Assembly: GCA_009711765.1 (NCBI GenBank)
Contig: VEND01000074.1
Location: 6,835-70,834, forward strand
Origin: Bacillota bacterium
GTDB lineage: Bacteria > Bacillota > Clostridia > Tissierellales > MES13
Reading direction: 5' to 3'
Length of the DNA: 64,000 bases
Below the pieces are notes generated by a model. It did not search any database. It worked only from the letters and a program-made list of their open reading frames with translations, and was not told the origin of the DNA. Positions 1 through 9,927 of this stretch are shown one piece after another. The translations under genes were made by a program, and so were the position numbers. The stretch's first letter is position 1. Each line of letters begins with the position of its first letter.

Positions 1-130
1 CACGATCAACTAAAGACAGATCAAACTTAGGAGCTTTCCAATCTAATTTCCAAAGTCCACCACAATCACACTTTGCTTTTTTAGTTGTTACTTCTTCCTT
101 TAGACCACATTTTAAGCAAATATATTTCAT
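1..130 (-). CDS. thrC: 5' part of a threonine synthase-like PLP enzyme (runs off the window)
   Basis: Not in ORF track. ATG at 130 after GGAGGTG; reads MKYICLKCGLKEEVTTKKAKCDCGGLWKLDWKAPKFDLSLVDR, the CxxC...CxCGG N-terminus typical of archaeal-type threonine synthases; ATGA overlap with the upstream gene. Confidence 0.65.
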   Translation of the reverse strand, partial: MKYICLKCGLKEEVTTKKAKCDCGGLWKLDWKAPKFDLSLVDR

Positions 131-510
131 CTTTTCTTCACCTCCGCAATAACTTCAATTTCTACAAGGCTTCCATAGTGTAGTTTTCCAACAGGTAAAA
201 CAATGCGTGCAGGCTTGTGTTTTCCAAAGAAATCAGCATAAACTTGATTTACTATATCCCACTGATCAATATCTGATATATACACTCTACACTGAACAAT
301 ATCATCACGAAAAAGTCCAGCTTCTTTTAAAACTCTGTCAACATTTTCTAAAGCAAGTTTAGCATGTTCCTCGATTCCACCCTTTGGTACCCGCTTATTA
401 TCTGGGTCTATAGCTAGTTATCCCGATACATAAAGCATTCCATTGGAAATAATACCAGGTGTATAATGTCCATTATTTTCATTTTGATATTCAGGCTTAA
501 TCTCCTTCAT
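127..510 (-). pseudogene. RidA/YjgF family gene with premature TAA at codon 31
   Basis: Reads MKEIKPEYQNENNGHYTPGIISNGMLYVSG*LAIDP...FFGKHKPARIVLPVGKLHYGSLVEIEVIAEVKKR; stop (418-420) replaces Q of the conserved SGQ motif; RBS GAGGAG present. Confidence 0.88.
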
Positions 511-633
511 TTTGTACAACTCCTCTCTATTTATTTCCTATGATTACTTTCAATTTCTCACTCTATCAATAATTATTATATTGATTACAATATGTATATA
601 TAATTTTTTATACGTATCATATAATTTTTTATA

Positions 634-663
634 AGTATATCATCTTCTTTGGTTCTTTGTCAA
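634..663 (-). promoter_or_regulatory. Probable sigma-A promoter of the ridA-thrC unit
   Basis: TTGACA-18 nt-TATACT with TG extension on the minus strand. Confidence 0.55.
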
Positions 664-669
664 TAAAAA

Positions 670-1197
670 CTGTACTTAACCTGCAATTCGTAATATGAAA
701 AAATTCATTATATTCTGTTATACTAAGGCTAAAGTTGGTTCAAGGAGCTTTTTAACTTCTTCACTACAACTTCATAAATTCAAGGAAAGTAAATATATTA
801 AAGTATTGACCAGAGTATATAACTACAGACTTAAAATATCTCCTTCTTTTAATACTTTACTATTTAGTAAAAGATCTTTACTTAATTCTAAAATCATGGA
901 CATTAATAGACCTAAATTCTATTTCTTCTATTATGCCAGATTCATCTAATAAACCTCTTAAACTAGCTGATTTATATCCCCTGATGGCTTCGCCATTATC
1001 CTTAATTACTTCTGCTTTTTATAGTTTAAATTATTTATATCTACATTTATTTTAATATAAGATTAGGAAAACTAACATCTACTACGTCTATATTATCTTC
1101 TCTTATTGACTTTAAAACCTTATCTTTATCTTTTTTACTGAATTGTATCATGTAAATCATCTCCTCTTTAATATAACGATTTGCATATAAATTCTAG
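670..1197 (-). mobile_element. Degenerate, internally deleted IS (DDE transposase remnant, IS4-like)
   Basis: Broken frames 1151->718 give MIQFSKKDKDKVLKSIREDNIDVVDVSFPNLI, AEVIKDNGEAIRGYKSASLRGLLDESGIIEEIEF, ELSKDLLLNSKVLKEGDIL and CSEEVKKLLEPTLALV*, resembling a clostridial transposase family (from memory). Imperfect 27-bp terminal inverted repeats at 670-696 and 1171-1197 (19/27 identical by hand). Confidence 0.55.
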
Positions 1198-1364
1198 TAA
1201 AATTCATGAATCCCTTTTTGTGATTTATTGTAAAATGATTTGTATAATTACATTATTTAGTTTGAGTCCTTTATATTTACGATTTTAAGGTTCTTAAGGA
1301 TGTTATGCCAACTATTTAATAAGAGAATAAGATATCTTTGTGAATAAGGTATAGCATGTAGAGT

Positions 1365-1400
1365 AAACAAAAAAAAGTCCAACATTGGACTTTTTTGTTT
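1365..1400. terminator. Intrinsic terminator, bidirectional shape
   Basis: aaaaaagtccaa-cat-tggactttttt hairpin with A/T tracts downstream of the nucleotidyltransferase gene. Confidence 0.75.
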
Positions 1401-1504
1401 GACAAAAGTTTAAGTTTAACATACGAAAACATACTATATGTTAGTGTAAATGTTAATCACTAAGCATATTTTATTTTTACCTCTTAGAAATTTTTTACGC
1501 CTAT

Positions 1505-2134
1505 TTACTTATTTTCATCTATGTAATCACTTAATCTACTTATCAAGTTCATCATATTTTCTGAAGCAACTTCGTCATTCAAAATACTATAATATAGGTC
1601 AAAAAAAGCTTTATCGTTTTCTTCTAACCATTTTAACGATTTTTTAGGTCCTTCATACCATTGAGCATTTAGCTCAAAATATATTTCTAAAATATCTTTT
1701 ACTAGCCAATAGTATCTATATGTTCCTTCCACATCTCCTTTCATCGAACGATTATACATTTTTGTCATCCAATCAATTAAAAACTTTTTTTGTTCTTTAT
1801 CAATTTTTGGTGGTCCTGCATTAAAACACTCTTTTACTTCCTTTAACAGTCTTTCTCCTTTACAATTTGTATCAAAAATGATTTTACCATCTCTTATTTG
1901 TAGAAAGTCTTGAGGATGAAGTTCTTTATTTGAGCACTTTACCCACACATCAAGTTGTTTTCCTTCAAAAATGCTAGTATCATTTAATTCTTCTTCGTCC
2001 ATTCTAAGACAAAGAATATCTACATCACTTTCTTTTGTGAAATCTCCTCTTGCATATGACCCATAAAGTATAATTGTTGTACATTTATATTTCTCTTTTA
2101 AAAATTCTTTTAGGTTGTTTATGAATTTGTTCAT
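1505..2134 (-). CDS. Pol-beta superfamily nucleotidyltransferase domain protein
   Basis: LYGSYARGDFTKESDVDI (GS...DxD) motif plus helical C-terminus; start moved to ATG 2134 because of AAAGGAGGTGA RBS. Confidence 0.8.
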   Translation of the reverse strand: MNKFINNLKEFLKEKYKCTTIILYGSYARGDFTKESDVDILCLRMDEEELNDTSIFEGKQLDVWVKCSNKELHPQDFLQIRDGKIIFDTNCKGERLLKEVKECFNAGPPKIDKEQKKFLIDWMTKMYNRSMKGDVEGTYRYYWLVKDILEIYFELNAQWYEGPKKSLKWLEENDKAFFDLYYSILNDEVASENMMNLISRLSDYIDENK

Positions 2135-2153
2135 AAATAAATCACCTCCTTTC

Positions 2154-2373
2154 TTAAATTCTGTTATGTTCTTCAATTGGGATAATTCCATAAATACCAA
2201 TATTATTGTTTATTAATTCATTTAATATATTCGGAATATTTTGCAATTCAGTTTGAATAATAAATCCATTTTCTGTTCTACTAATTTCATTTTATCAATA
2301 ATTTCTAAAAGTATGGTACTTCACCATCAAAAATATATTTAAAAGCTAAATGTATTTTCCTGAAATAACCCAT
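2154..2373 (-). pseudogene. Fused gene fragments (DUF1232/YkvA-like 5' end plus an unrelated 3' end)
   Basis: GGAGG-ATG at 2373 reads MGYFRKIHLAFKYIFDGEVPYF*KLL; another frame carries NEISRTENGFIIQTELQNIPNILNELINNNIGIYGIIPIEEHNRI* with no start. Confidence 0.4.
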
Positions 2374-2397
2374 AATTAACCTCCATTTCTAATGTTT

Positions 2398-2433
2398 AAA
2401 AAAGACCTGCAAATTTTATTTACAGGTCTTTTA
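2398..2433 (-). terminator. Intrinsic terminator after the Usp-like gene
   Basis: aaaaagacctg...caggtcttttt inverted repeat. Confidence 0.7.
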
Positions 2434-2455
2434 TAATCATCATTTATAATAATTA

Positions 2456-2836
2456 TTATATTATAGTAAAGTCTACATTAGGTAATGCTTTTTTTATTTT
2501 TAATGCGATATTATGATTTTCTAGCTCTTGCCCATCTGGAGAAGCTCCCATAATTATATTAGTTATATTTTTTTCTCTTGCAAATTCTTCTATAGCTTTT
2601 ATTACATCCTTTGATCTTGTTACTGTTAAATCTGCCCCTACTTTTTTTGATACATCAAATAAATATTCTAAAGCTTCTCCGTCATTAGAATTATATAAAA
2701 AGTAATCATTTTCATTAACTACATGTATTACAAAAAGCTTATCATTTTCATTTTCAATTGCATTATACCCATTTAATATAAGTCTTTCACAAGTCTTTTG
2801 CTGGGTTACACAAACCATTATATTCTTATCACTCAT
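2456..2836 (-). CDS. Universal stress protein / KdpD-Usp-like domain protein
   Basis: NIMVCVTQQKTCERLI...LFVIHV...AIEEFAREKNITNIIMGAS pattern; start at ATG 2836 after AAGGGGAG. Confidence 0.8.
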   Translation of the reverse strand: MSDKNIMVCVTQQKTCERLILNGYNAIENENDKLFVIHVVNENDYFLYNSNDGEALEYLFDVSKKVGADLTVTRSKDVIKAIEEFAREKNITNIIMGASPDGQELENHNIALKIKKALPNVDFTII

Positions 2837-3049
2837 ATAACTCCCCTTCCGTTTACCAAACAAATATTGGCACAACAATCATTTAACGGTAACAACTTCT
2901 TCCGTATATAATTATATCAATCTTCACTTTAAAATCAACTAACTTTCATATTTTTACAGTAATTTAATTTTTATATAAGTTTTAATTTTTTATATATAAA
3001 GTGCATAAAAAAAGACCTAACGGCTTATTTAATACCTTGTAAAATAGAT

Positions 3050-3080
3050 AAAACCATATAGCTAATTAGCTATATGGTTT
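3050..3080 (-). terminator. Terminator of tRNA-Sec
   Basis: aaaccatatagct-aatt-agctatatggttt perfect inverted repeat just 3' of the tRNA. Confidence 0.75.
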
Positions 3081-3089
3081 ATTCTTATT

Positions 3090-3186
3090 TGGCGGGAATA
3101 TGTGGGAATTGAACCCACCCAGGACGCTCCTAACGCCCCGTACTGGTTTTGAAGACCAGAGGGCACACCAGCACCCATCTATTCCC
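3090..3186 (-). tRNA. selC: tRNA-Sec (anticodon UCA)
   Basis: 97 nt, GGGAATAG...CTGGT-CT-TCA-AA-ACCAG anticodon arm, long variable arm, GGTTCAATTCC T-arm, ends GCCA; selABD nearby. Confidence 0.97.
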
Positions 3187-3214
3187 AAGTTCTTATCCTT
3201 TTTAGCACTATTAT

Positions 3215-3242
3215 ATTATAGCATATCGACAAAATATGTCAA
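3215..3242 (-). promoter_or_regulatory. Sigma-A promoter of selC
   Basis: TTGACA-16 nt-TATAAT with TG extension. Confidence 0.75.
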
Positions 3243-3398
3243 GATTTTTTTTGTTTCGTGGCTATAAATGGTAATAAGTGTATATTTTCTTGAATATCTT
3301 TACTATGTATTTTGTCTTTCTAATCAATTATAGCCTAAATAATTTTTTCTTATACTATTTAATTATAAAATTATCTATTTCCATACTTTTACTTAGAT

Positions 3399-3430
3399 AA
3401 AAAGAGCTGTATATTCTCAAACAGCTCTTA
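3399..3430 (-). terminator. Terminator after the GerMN gene
   Basis: aagagctgt...acagctctt hairpin with T-tract on the minus strand. Confidence 0.65.
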
Positions 3431-3449
3431 ATTAAAACTTTTAATCACT

Positions 3450-4310
3450 TTAGTATTCTTTATAAAAATCGTATATCTTATATTCTCCATTATCATATAC
3501 AAGTTCATAAATGCTAACTCTGTCATATTGTTCATTATTTTTATATAATATTTTAGATTTAACTCTAACTTTTATTTTAAAATCATATCTATCAATAGCA
3601 TAATCTAATATTGTTATTCGTTTTACATCTGTATAAAACTGTTTTAACTCAGATTTTAATAATCTGTTACTAATACCTAATCCTTTATTTTCATAGTGAA
3701 GATTAACTGCAGAAAAATAATCATTGTTAATTAAAAAATCATTATACTTTTTTATAGTAATTATTGGACTTACATATTTTTTATTTATAATAAAACCACT
3801 TCTATCTATAGGTTGATTTATATCATAATTATCATATAAAACATCCCTACGTTCACCTTCAATGAAAATCTGTACATTTGTTATCTTATCAAGTTGAGTT
3901 AAAGTATTTACTATAGAATATAATACAAAAGCTTCATTTATTTCGCTTTTATTATTATCTAAAATACCTTTAGAAAAATTTACATAGGCAGTACGGGCAA
4001 TAACATCTATAGATAATAATTCTGTATCTTCTGGAATAACATTAGAATTATCCTTTTGGGAACCTTTCAAAAGTTCAAGTATTAATATCTCTTCAAAATT
4101 TCTATTTTGCTCCTTTATATCCCTTACTTCCCAAGTTAACATTTCTGAGTATTCATCTGGATAATATAACTTTATATTTGAATCATATTTTGTTGGATAG
4201 GGCTCTATAGGAGGATAGTTTGAGTTTCCTTTATCAAAATTATCATAGGTTTGGCATCCTGTTAGTAAAAAAGTAAATACTAATAATATTAAAAGTGTTT
4301 TCTTAAACAT
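3450..4310 (-). CDS. GerMN-domain lipoprotein
   Basis: Lipobox LLTGC; GerMN motifs IPEDTELLSIDV..TAYVNFS and SIVNTLTQLDKITNVQIFIEG. Confidence 0.88.
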   Translation of the reverse strand: MFKKTLLILLVFTFLLTGCQTYDNFDKGNSNYPPIEPYPTKYDSNIKLYYPDEYSEMLTWEVRDIKEQNRNFEEILILELLKGSQKDNSNVIPEDTELLSIDVIARTAYVNFSKGILDNNKSEINEAFVLYSIVNTLTQLDKITNVQIFIEGERRDVLYDNYDINQPIDRSGFIINKKYVSPIITIKKYNDFLINNDYFSAVNLHYENKGLGISNRLLKSELKQFYTDVKRITILDYAIDRYDFKIKVRVKSKILYKNNEQYDRVSIYELVYDNGEYKIYDFYKEY

Positions 4311-4325
4311 AATAATTCCTCCATA

Positions 4326-5780
4326 CTATATTCCACTATCTAAATCAGGAATTTTAATATAAAACGTTGTTCCCTTTCCTACTTCACTTTCCACTTGTAT
4401 ATCTCCTTGATGAAGTGATATAATTTGTTTTGCAATAGATAGTCCTAAACCTGTTCCACCTGCATTTCTACTTCTAGCCTTATCAACTCTATAAAATCTT
4501 TCAAATATATATGGTAACTTTTCCTTTGGAATTCCTATACCAGTATCCTTTATTTTTACTACTATATTTCCAAATTCATAATATAGAGTGATTTTAACAC
4601 TCCCTCCCTCTGGAGTGTATTTAATAGCATTATGTATAATATTAATAATTGACTGTTGTATTTTTGATGGATCTACCCTTGTTTGAAGCTTTTCTTTAGC
4701 TTTAAATTCTAAATTTATATTTTTCTCATCTGCTAAGGGTTTAAGTCTTGAAAATATTTTATCTACAAGATAATTCATATAAGTTATCTTATAATCTAAA
4801 GTTAGTTTTTCTTTATCCATATCAACTAACATTAATAGATCATCTATAATATGGTTTAAACGGTCAATTTCTGAATCAATATCTTTTAAAAATTCCCTAT
4901 AAACTTCTATTTTAGCCTGATCTTGATGTAGTAAAGATTCTGATAAAAGCTTCATTGAACTTAAAGGTGTTCTTAATTCATGGGATACATTTGCTACAAA
5001 GGCTTTTCTTTGATTATCCACATGTCCAAGCTTTGTACTCATCATATTAAATGCCGTTGCCATTTGCTTAAATTCATCATTTGTATTTATTTTTACCTTT
5101 TCTCCTAATTTTCCTTGGGATATTTTTGTTATAACCTTAGTGAATTTTTCAATAGGCTTTGAGAAAAAATCAGCAAATAAATAACTTATTATAGCAACAA
5201 ATAATATACTAATTATTGAGATAATATTTAATGTTTTAGAAATCTCTCCAACCCTTGCATATACACCCCTTAGAGATGTCGATATTAACGTGGCACCTAC
5301 TGTATCTCCATCTGTCTTAATTGGTACAGACACATACATAACATGGCCAATATCTTTAAAATTATAAAAGCTAACCTTACTTGAGCCATTTAATGCACTT
5401 ATAATTTCATCATGATAAAGCTTTTTATCTACATGTACTCCATTAGAATCAGCTCTAACTAAGTTTTCATCATTAACTATTATAATTCTTGAATTTATCT
5501 CTTTACTATAATTTTCAACATTACTTTTAAGCCCACTTTCTAAACTAACATATGCATTATCCTCTATGTAAAACTTAATTCTATTAGAAATAATATTAGC
5601 ATTAGCAAGTGTTTCAATTTTCTTTTGTTCCATATACATATTTAATAAAGAGTTTGTAATAAATATATTTATTATTATAAGAAAAATTATTACTAACAAT
5701 AAATAGGTGGAAACTAACTTCCACCTTATACTAATAAACTTATTTTTTTTATTCAGGCTTACTCCTAAAATAATAACCAA
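4326..5780 (-). CDS. Membrane sensor histidine kinase (2 TM, HAMP, HisKA, HATPase)
   Basis: H-box FVANVSHELRTPL, N-box NAIKY, DTGIGI, GGTGLGL; true start uncertain (TTG 5780 or CTG 5756). Confidence 0.95.
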   Translation of the reverse strand: MVIILGVSLNKKNKFISIRWKLVSTYLLLVIIFLIIINIFITNSLLNMYMEQKKIETLANANIISNRIKFYIEDNAYVSLESGLKSNVENYSKEINSRIIIVNDENLVRADSNGVHVDKKLYHDEIISALNGSSKVSFYNFKDIGHVMYVSVPIKTDGDTVGATLISTSLRGVYARVGEISKTLNIISIISILFVAIISYLFADFFSKPIEKFTKVITKISQGKLGEKVKINTNDEFKQMATAFNMMSTKLGHVDNQRKAFVANVSHELRTPLSSMKLLSESLLHQDQAKIEVYREFLKDIDSEIDRLNHIIDDLLMLVDMDKEKLTLDYKITYMNYLVDKIFSRLKPLADEKNINLEFKAKEKLQTRVDPSKIQQSIINIIHNAIKYTPEGGSVKITLYYEFGNIVVKIKDTGIGIPKEKLPYIFERFYRVDKARSRNAGGTGLGLSIAKQIISLHQGDIQVESEVGKGTTFYIKIPDLDSGI

Positions 5781-6444
5781 CTCCCCATTTAGTTAAAATG
5801 TACTCAGCCTGGCTTGAATTGCTTTCAATTTTTTCTCTTAATCTTCTTATATGTACATCAACTGTTCTTAAATCTCCAAAGTATTCATAACCCCAAATTA
5901 TCTCTAAAAGTTCTTCCCTTGTAAATACTTTTCCTGGGTTAGTTGCTAATAATAATAATAAATCAAATTCTTTAGCAGTAAGATTTATTTCTTTTCCTCC
6001 TACACTAACCTTTCTACCTAGAGTATTAATAGTAAAATCTTCTACTTGTATTACTTGTTCCCCTATTTTGGTTTCTTTTTGATTAGATCTTCTAAGTATT
6101 GCCTTAATTCTTGCTTTTAATTCTAATATGTTAAATGGCTTTGTTAAATAATCATCTGCACCATATTCTAAGCCTAGTATTTTATTCATATCTTCACCTT
6201 TAGCTGTTAACATTATTATAGGTACCTGGGATGTTTCTCTAACCTTTTGACATACCTCTAATCCATCAATACCTGGTAACATTAAATCAAGCACTATAAG
6301 ATCATATTCATTATTATTAATTTTATCTAACGCCTCATTACCATCATAAGCTGCATCTATTTCATATCCATCCTGTTCTAAACTATACTTTAATCCTTTA
6401 ACTAATAGAGCCTCGTCGTCAACAATTAGTACTTTACTGCCCAT
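5749..6444 (-). CDS. OmpR/PhoB-family response regulator
   Basis: VDDE, LDLMLP phosphoacceptor, KPF, winged-helix RTVDVHIRRLREK. Confidence 0.96.
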   Translation of the reverse strand: MGSKVLIVDDEALLVKGLKYSLEQDGYEIDAAYDGNEALDKINNNEYDLIVLDLMLPGIDGLEVCQKVRETSQVPIIMLTAKGEDMNKILGLEYGADDYLTKPFNILELKARIKAILRRSNQKETKIGEQVIQVEDFTINTLGRKVSVGGKEINLTAKEFDLLLLLATNPGKVFTREELLEIIWGYEYFGDLRTVDVHIRRLREKIESNSSQAEYILTKWGVGYYFRSKPE

Positions 6445-6508
6445 TATATCACCTCATAAAATATTATTTCTTAAATATAGCCTTTTTTACAATATATCTG
6501 TTTAAAGT

Positions 6509-6535
6509 TTTCTACAAATTTCTTGATAATCCTTC
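6509..6535 (-). promoter_or_regulatory. Sigma-H-like promoter of the regulator-kinase-GerMN operon
   Basis: GAAGGATTA-11 nt-GTAGAAA against the consensus RNAGGAWWW-11/12-RNNGAAT (one mismatch). Confidence 0.5.
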
Positions 6536-6573
6536 CTCATTTTAAAAAAAATTATTGGAATAGTCAAAGAAAA

Positions 6574-8481
6574 TTATTGCAATGTTCTTTTATCTCCTTT
6601 TCTATTAGTTATTTTATTTTGGTCAAAATATTCTAATAGGGCAATTGCATATTTTCTACTAGTATTAAGTTGATCTCTATACTCAGCAAGTGTTATAGAA
6701 CCATTTTTTGTTATAAAATTCTTAACCTTTTTTTTAGCTTCTTCATAAGCTTTATTATGAAATATTATATCATTAGTTATTTTTATTAATATTTTTTCAT
6801 TTAACATAGCATTATAAACCATTTCTATTTCTTCATCACTATAATCTAATGCATCAAATATATCTTCCTTTTTAATTGGTGAAAATTTATCTTTTAAGTA
6901 TAATTTTTCTATCTCATTTCTAATATTTATTTGCTGTTGATTTAACTCTACCTTAAAATCCTTTAAAGATATATTTTCATTTTCTTGTTTTATAATATTT
7001 TCATTAATTAAATACTCTATATAGCTTTCTCCTAATTTAGGCTTTACATTATTAAAGTATTTACTTCTAAGTTCTTCTTTTAAAATACCTAATTTTAATG
7101 GATTGTTTTTATGATACTCATTTAATTCTTTAATAATATTTTGTTTAACTTCATTATAGTAATCGATATGAATAACATGTTTGTCCTTTAGAAGGTCAAA
7201 ATCTATTATTTTTTTATTACTTTTAAGCTTATTAATCATATTTAATACATTTTCCTTTTGAAGGGCTGTTGCTATTATTAATTTTTTTACACTTGGAAAA
7301 CTCTCACTTTTATCTTTGATTATTTTTTCTAATACATCTATAGTATCCCCTGTTTCTTTTACTTTAAGTTCTTCAATAACTTCATCTTGAAATCTCTTTC
7401 TCTTAGGTGGATTTGCTTCTAGTACTTTACCACCTCCTATTGTTATCATAGGCGAGTAAAATCTAACGATAAACCTATCTTTCCTTCTAGCAACTGTCTC
7501 TTCTTCTAATCTAAGTTGAGCATAACAGCTCTCCCCTGGAGTTAAAAATTCCTTATCTAACAAAACAACTCTACATAATATCTCTTTAGTTCCTAAATAT
7601 AACCTTACCCTAGTCCTATTTTCAATAATTCTTTGAGAGCTTTTTAATAAATTTAATTTAACATCAATCATCATAGTAGATTTCATAGAATCCTTAGGTG
7701 CAATTATATCACCTCTATTTATTTCCTCTTTTTTAATACCTGCTAAGTTTAATGCAACTCTTTGTCCTGCATAGGCTTTTTCAGAATCTTCTCCATGTAC
7801 TTGTATTGATCTTATTCTTGCTGTTTTATCCTTAGGATAAACTTGTACATCCTCACCATTTTCTAACTTCCCAGATACTAAAGTTCCAGTTATTATTGTT
7901 CCTATACCTGTTATAGAAAATACTCTATCAATTGGAATTCTAGGCATTTCTTTTTCATCCCTATCTTCTAAATCTTCAGTTAACTCATCTATAGTTTTTA
8001 TAACTTCCTTTATTCCTGTCTTCTTAGTTGACGAAACAGTAAATATAGGACTATCTTTTAAGAAAGTATCCTGTAAATATTCTTCTAAATCATCTTTTAC
8101 TAATTCTAACCATTCTTCATCCACCATGTCAGCCTTAGTTATAACAGTAATACCCTTTTTTATGTTAAGGTACTTTAAAATAGATAAATGCTCCTTAGTT
8201 TGAGGCATTACACCTTCATCGGCCGCCACAACTAAAATAACTAAATCCATTCCAATAACCCCGGCTAACATATTTTTAATAAATTTTTCATGGCCTGGTA
8301 CATCAATTATACCTGCTCTTCTTCCACTTGGTAAATCAAAGTAAGTAAAACCTAATTCTATAGAAATACCTCTGTTTTTTTCTTCCTCTAACCTATCAGT
8401 TTCTCTACCTGTTAGGGCTTTTATTAAAGTAGTTTTACCATGATCTATATGTCCTGCTGTACCGATTATTATATTCTTCAT
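6574..8481 (-). CDS. selB: Selenocysteine-specific elongation factor
   Basis: [20 protein letters not shown]-terminal winged-helix [13 protein letters not shown]. Confidence 0.98.
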   Translation of the reverse strand: MKNIIIGTAGHIDHGKTTLIKALTGRETDRLEEEKNRGISIELGFTYFDLPSGRRAGIIDVPGHEKFIKNMLAGVIGMDLVILVVAADEGVMPQTKEHLSILKYLNIKKGITVITKADMVDEEWLELVKDDLEEYLQDTFLKDSPIFTVSSTKKTGIKEVIKTIDELTEDLEDRDEKEMPRIPIDRVFSITGIGTIITGTLVSGKLENGEDVQVYPKDKTARIRSIQVHGEDSEKAYAGQRVALNLAGIKKEEINRGDIIAPKDSMKSTMMIDVKLNLLKSSQRIIENRTRVRLYLGTKEILCRVVLLDKEFLTPGESCYAQLRLEEETVARRKDRFIVRFYSPMITIGGGKVLEANPPKRKRFQDEVIEELKVKETGDTIDVLEKIIKDKSESFPSVKKLIIATALQKENVLNMINKLKSNKKIIDFDLLKDKHVIHIDYYNEVKQNIIKELNEYHKNNPLKLGILKEELRSKYFNNVKPKLGESYIEYLINENIIKQENENISLKDFKVELNQQQINIRNEIEKLYLKDKFSPIKKEDIFDALDYSDEEIEMVYNAMLNEKILIKITNDIIFHNKAYEEAKKKVKNFITKNGSITLAEYRDQLNTSRKYAIALLEYFDQNKITNRKGDKRTLQ

Positions 8482-8497
8482 AAATGCCCTCCTAAAA

Positions 8498-9907
8498 TTA
8501 CTTATCTTGTTTTAGTGCATATTTAAAACCATCAACTATATTATTAAAATCCTTTTCATTTATAGTTCTTAAATCTAAATACATTCTATCTTTATATATT
8601 CTCGTTATTATCGGTATTTTAAATTCCCTTAATTTATTTTCAATAACAGAAACATTAATCTCATCTGAATAAATCATTATTGCCTTAGTAGGTATCTCTT
8701 CTAAAGGCATTGCTCCTCCACCTACCTGGGAATATTGATCTACTATTTCTAAGTTAATATTTTCATTTTTAGATTCTAGCATTCCATATAATTTTGATGC
8801 CTTTTCATCTAATTTATTAAGTGATTGAGTTATCATATTTAAAGTAGGTATTTTTTTCAAAGCATCCTTTTCATTTAAATACAATTTAAGCGTTGCTTCT
8901 AAAGCTGATATTGTAAATTTATCTACCCTTATTGCCCTTGTTAATGGATTTCTCTTCATTTTATCGATATATTTTTTCTTTCCTACTATTATACCGCCTT
9001 GAGGGCCTCCTAAGAGTTTATCTCCACTAAAAGTTACTATATCTACTCCAGCTTTTAATGATTCTTGCACTGTTGGTTCATACTGTAATCCATATTTACT
9101 AAGATCTATTAATACTCCACTTCCTATATCTTCTATTACAGGTACATCGTATTTTCTTCCGATATTTACAAGATCGTCTAATTCAACAGTTTTAGTAAAT
9201 CCTACAATCCTATAATTACTAGTGTGTACCTTTAATAAAGCTGCCGTTTCTTCTCCGATAGCTGTTTCATAATCACTATTATGTGTTTTATTTGTAGTTC
9301 CAACATCAACTAATTTCGCACCACTTTGTTCCATAACATCAGGAACTCTAAAGGAACCTCCTATTTCAACTAACTCACCCCTAGATACAACAACTTCCTT
9401 TTCCTTTGCAATAGTACTTAATACAAGCATAACAGCAGCAGCATTATTATTAACCACCATTGCAGCCTCTGCACCTGTAATTCTTTTTATTATATCTTCT
9501 ATATGACTATATCTAGAGCCTCTCATCCCCTTATCTAAATCATATTCTAAATTAGAGTAATTACTTGAAACTTCCTTTATATTCTCCATTATTTCTTCAC
9601 TTATAAGGGATCTACCTAGATTTGTATGAATTACTGTCCCTGTTGCATTTATAACCTTTTTTAGTTTTAAATTAATCTTTATATTTGACCTTTTAATAAT
9701 TGAATTATATATTTTTTTTACATCTTCATCTAGATTATCTAGAGTATATTTATTTTCTAGGATACCTTTTCTTATTTTTTCTATTTCTTCTCTAACTGTT
9801 TCTACTACAATATCCCTTGGTATATTTTCAATTAAATCCTTTATTTTCTTATTAGATAGTATATCATCAACCTTTGGTAATTTAGAAAAAAGCTTTCTTT
9901 TATCCAT
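8498..9907 (-). CDS. selA: L-seryl-tRNA(Sec) selenium transferase
   Basis: VINATGTVIHTNLGR, SRGELVEIGGSFR, FSGDKLLGGPQ (PLP lysine). Confidence 0.98.
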   Translation of the reverse strand: MDKRKLFSKLPKVDDILSNKKIKDLIENIPRDIVVETVREEIEKIRKGILENKYTLDNLDEDVKKIYNSIIKRSNIKINLKLKKVINATGTVIHTNLGRSLISEEIMENIKEVSSNYSNLEYDLDKGMRGSRYSHIEDIIKRITGAEAAMVVNNNAAAVMLVLSTIAKEKEVVVSRGELVEIGGSFRVPDVMEQSGAKLVDVGTTNKTHNSDYETAIGEETAALLKVHTSNYRIVGFTKTVELDDLVNIGRKYDVPVIEDIGSGVLIDLSKYGLQYEPTVQESLKAGVDIVTFSGDKLLGGPQGGIIVGKKKYIDKMKRNPLTRAIRVDKFTISALEATLKLYLNEKDALKKIPTLNMITQSLNKLDEKASKLYGMLESKNENINLEIVDQYSQVGGGAMPLEEIPTKAIMIYSDEINVSVIENKLREFKIPIITRIYKDRMYLDLRTINEKDFNNIVDGFKYALKQDK

Positions 9908-9927
9908 AATAATTTCCTTTCTTTATT

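Noticed and set aside
418..420. Recoded stop in the first ridA
   Set aside because: The codon is TAA at a conserved Gln, so neither Sec (UGA) nor Pyl (UAG) applies.
695..949. 84-aa plus-strand ORF
   Set aside because: Antisense to the transposase remnant, no RBS, no recognisable motif.
1418..1446. AACATA-CTA-TATGTT palindrome with flanking AACAT/ATGTT
   Set aside because: Lies between a stop codon and a terminator with no clear promoter or gene to regulate; low complexity.
1450..1647. 65-aa plus-strand ORF
   Set aside because: Shadow of the nucleotidyltransferase gene.
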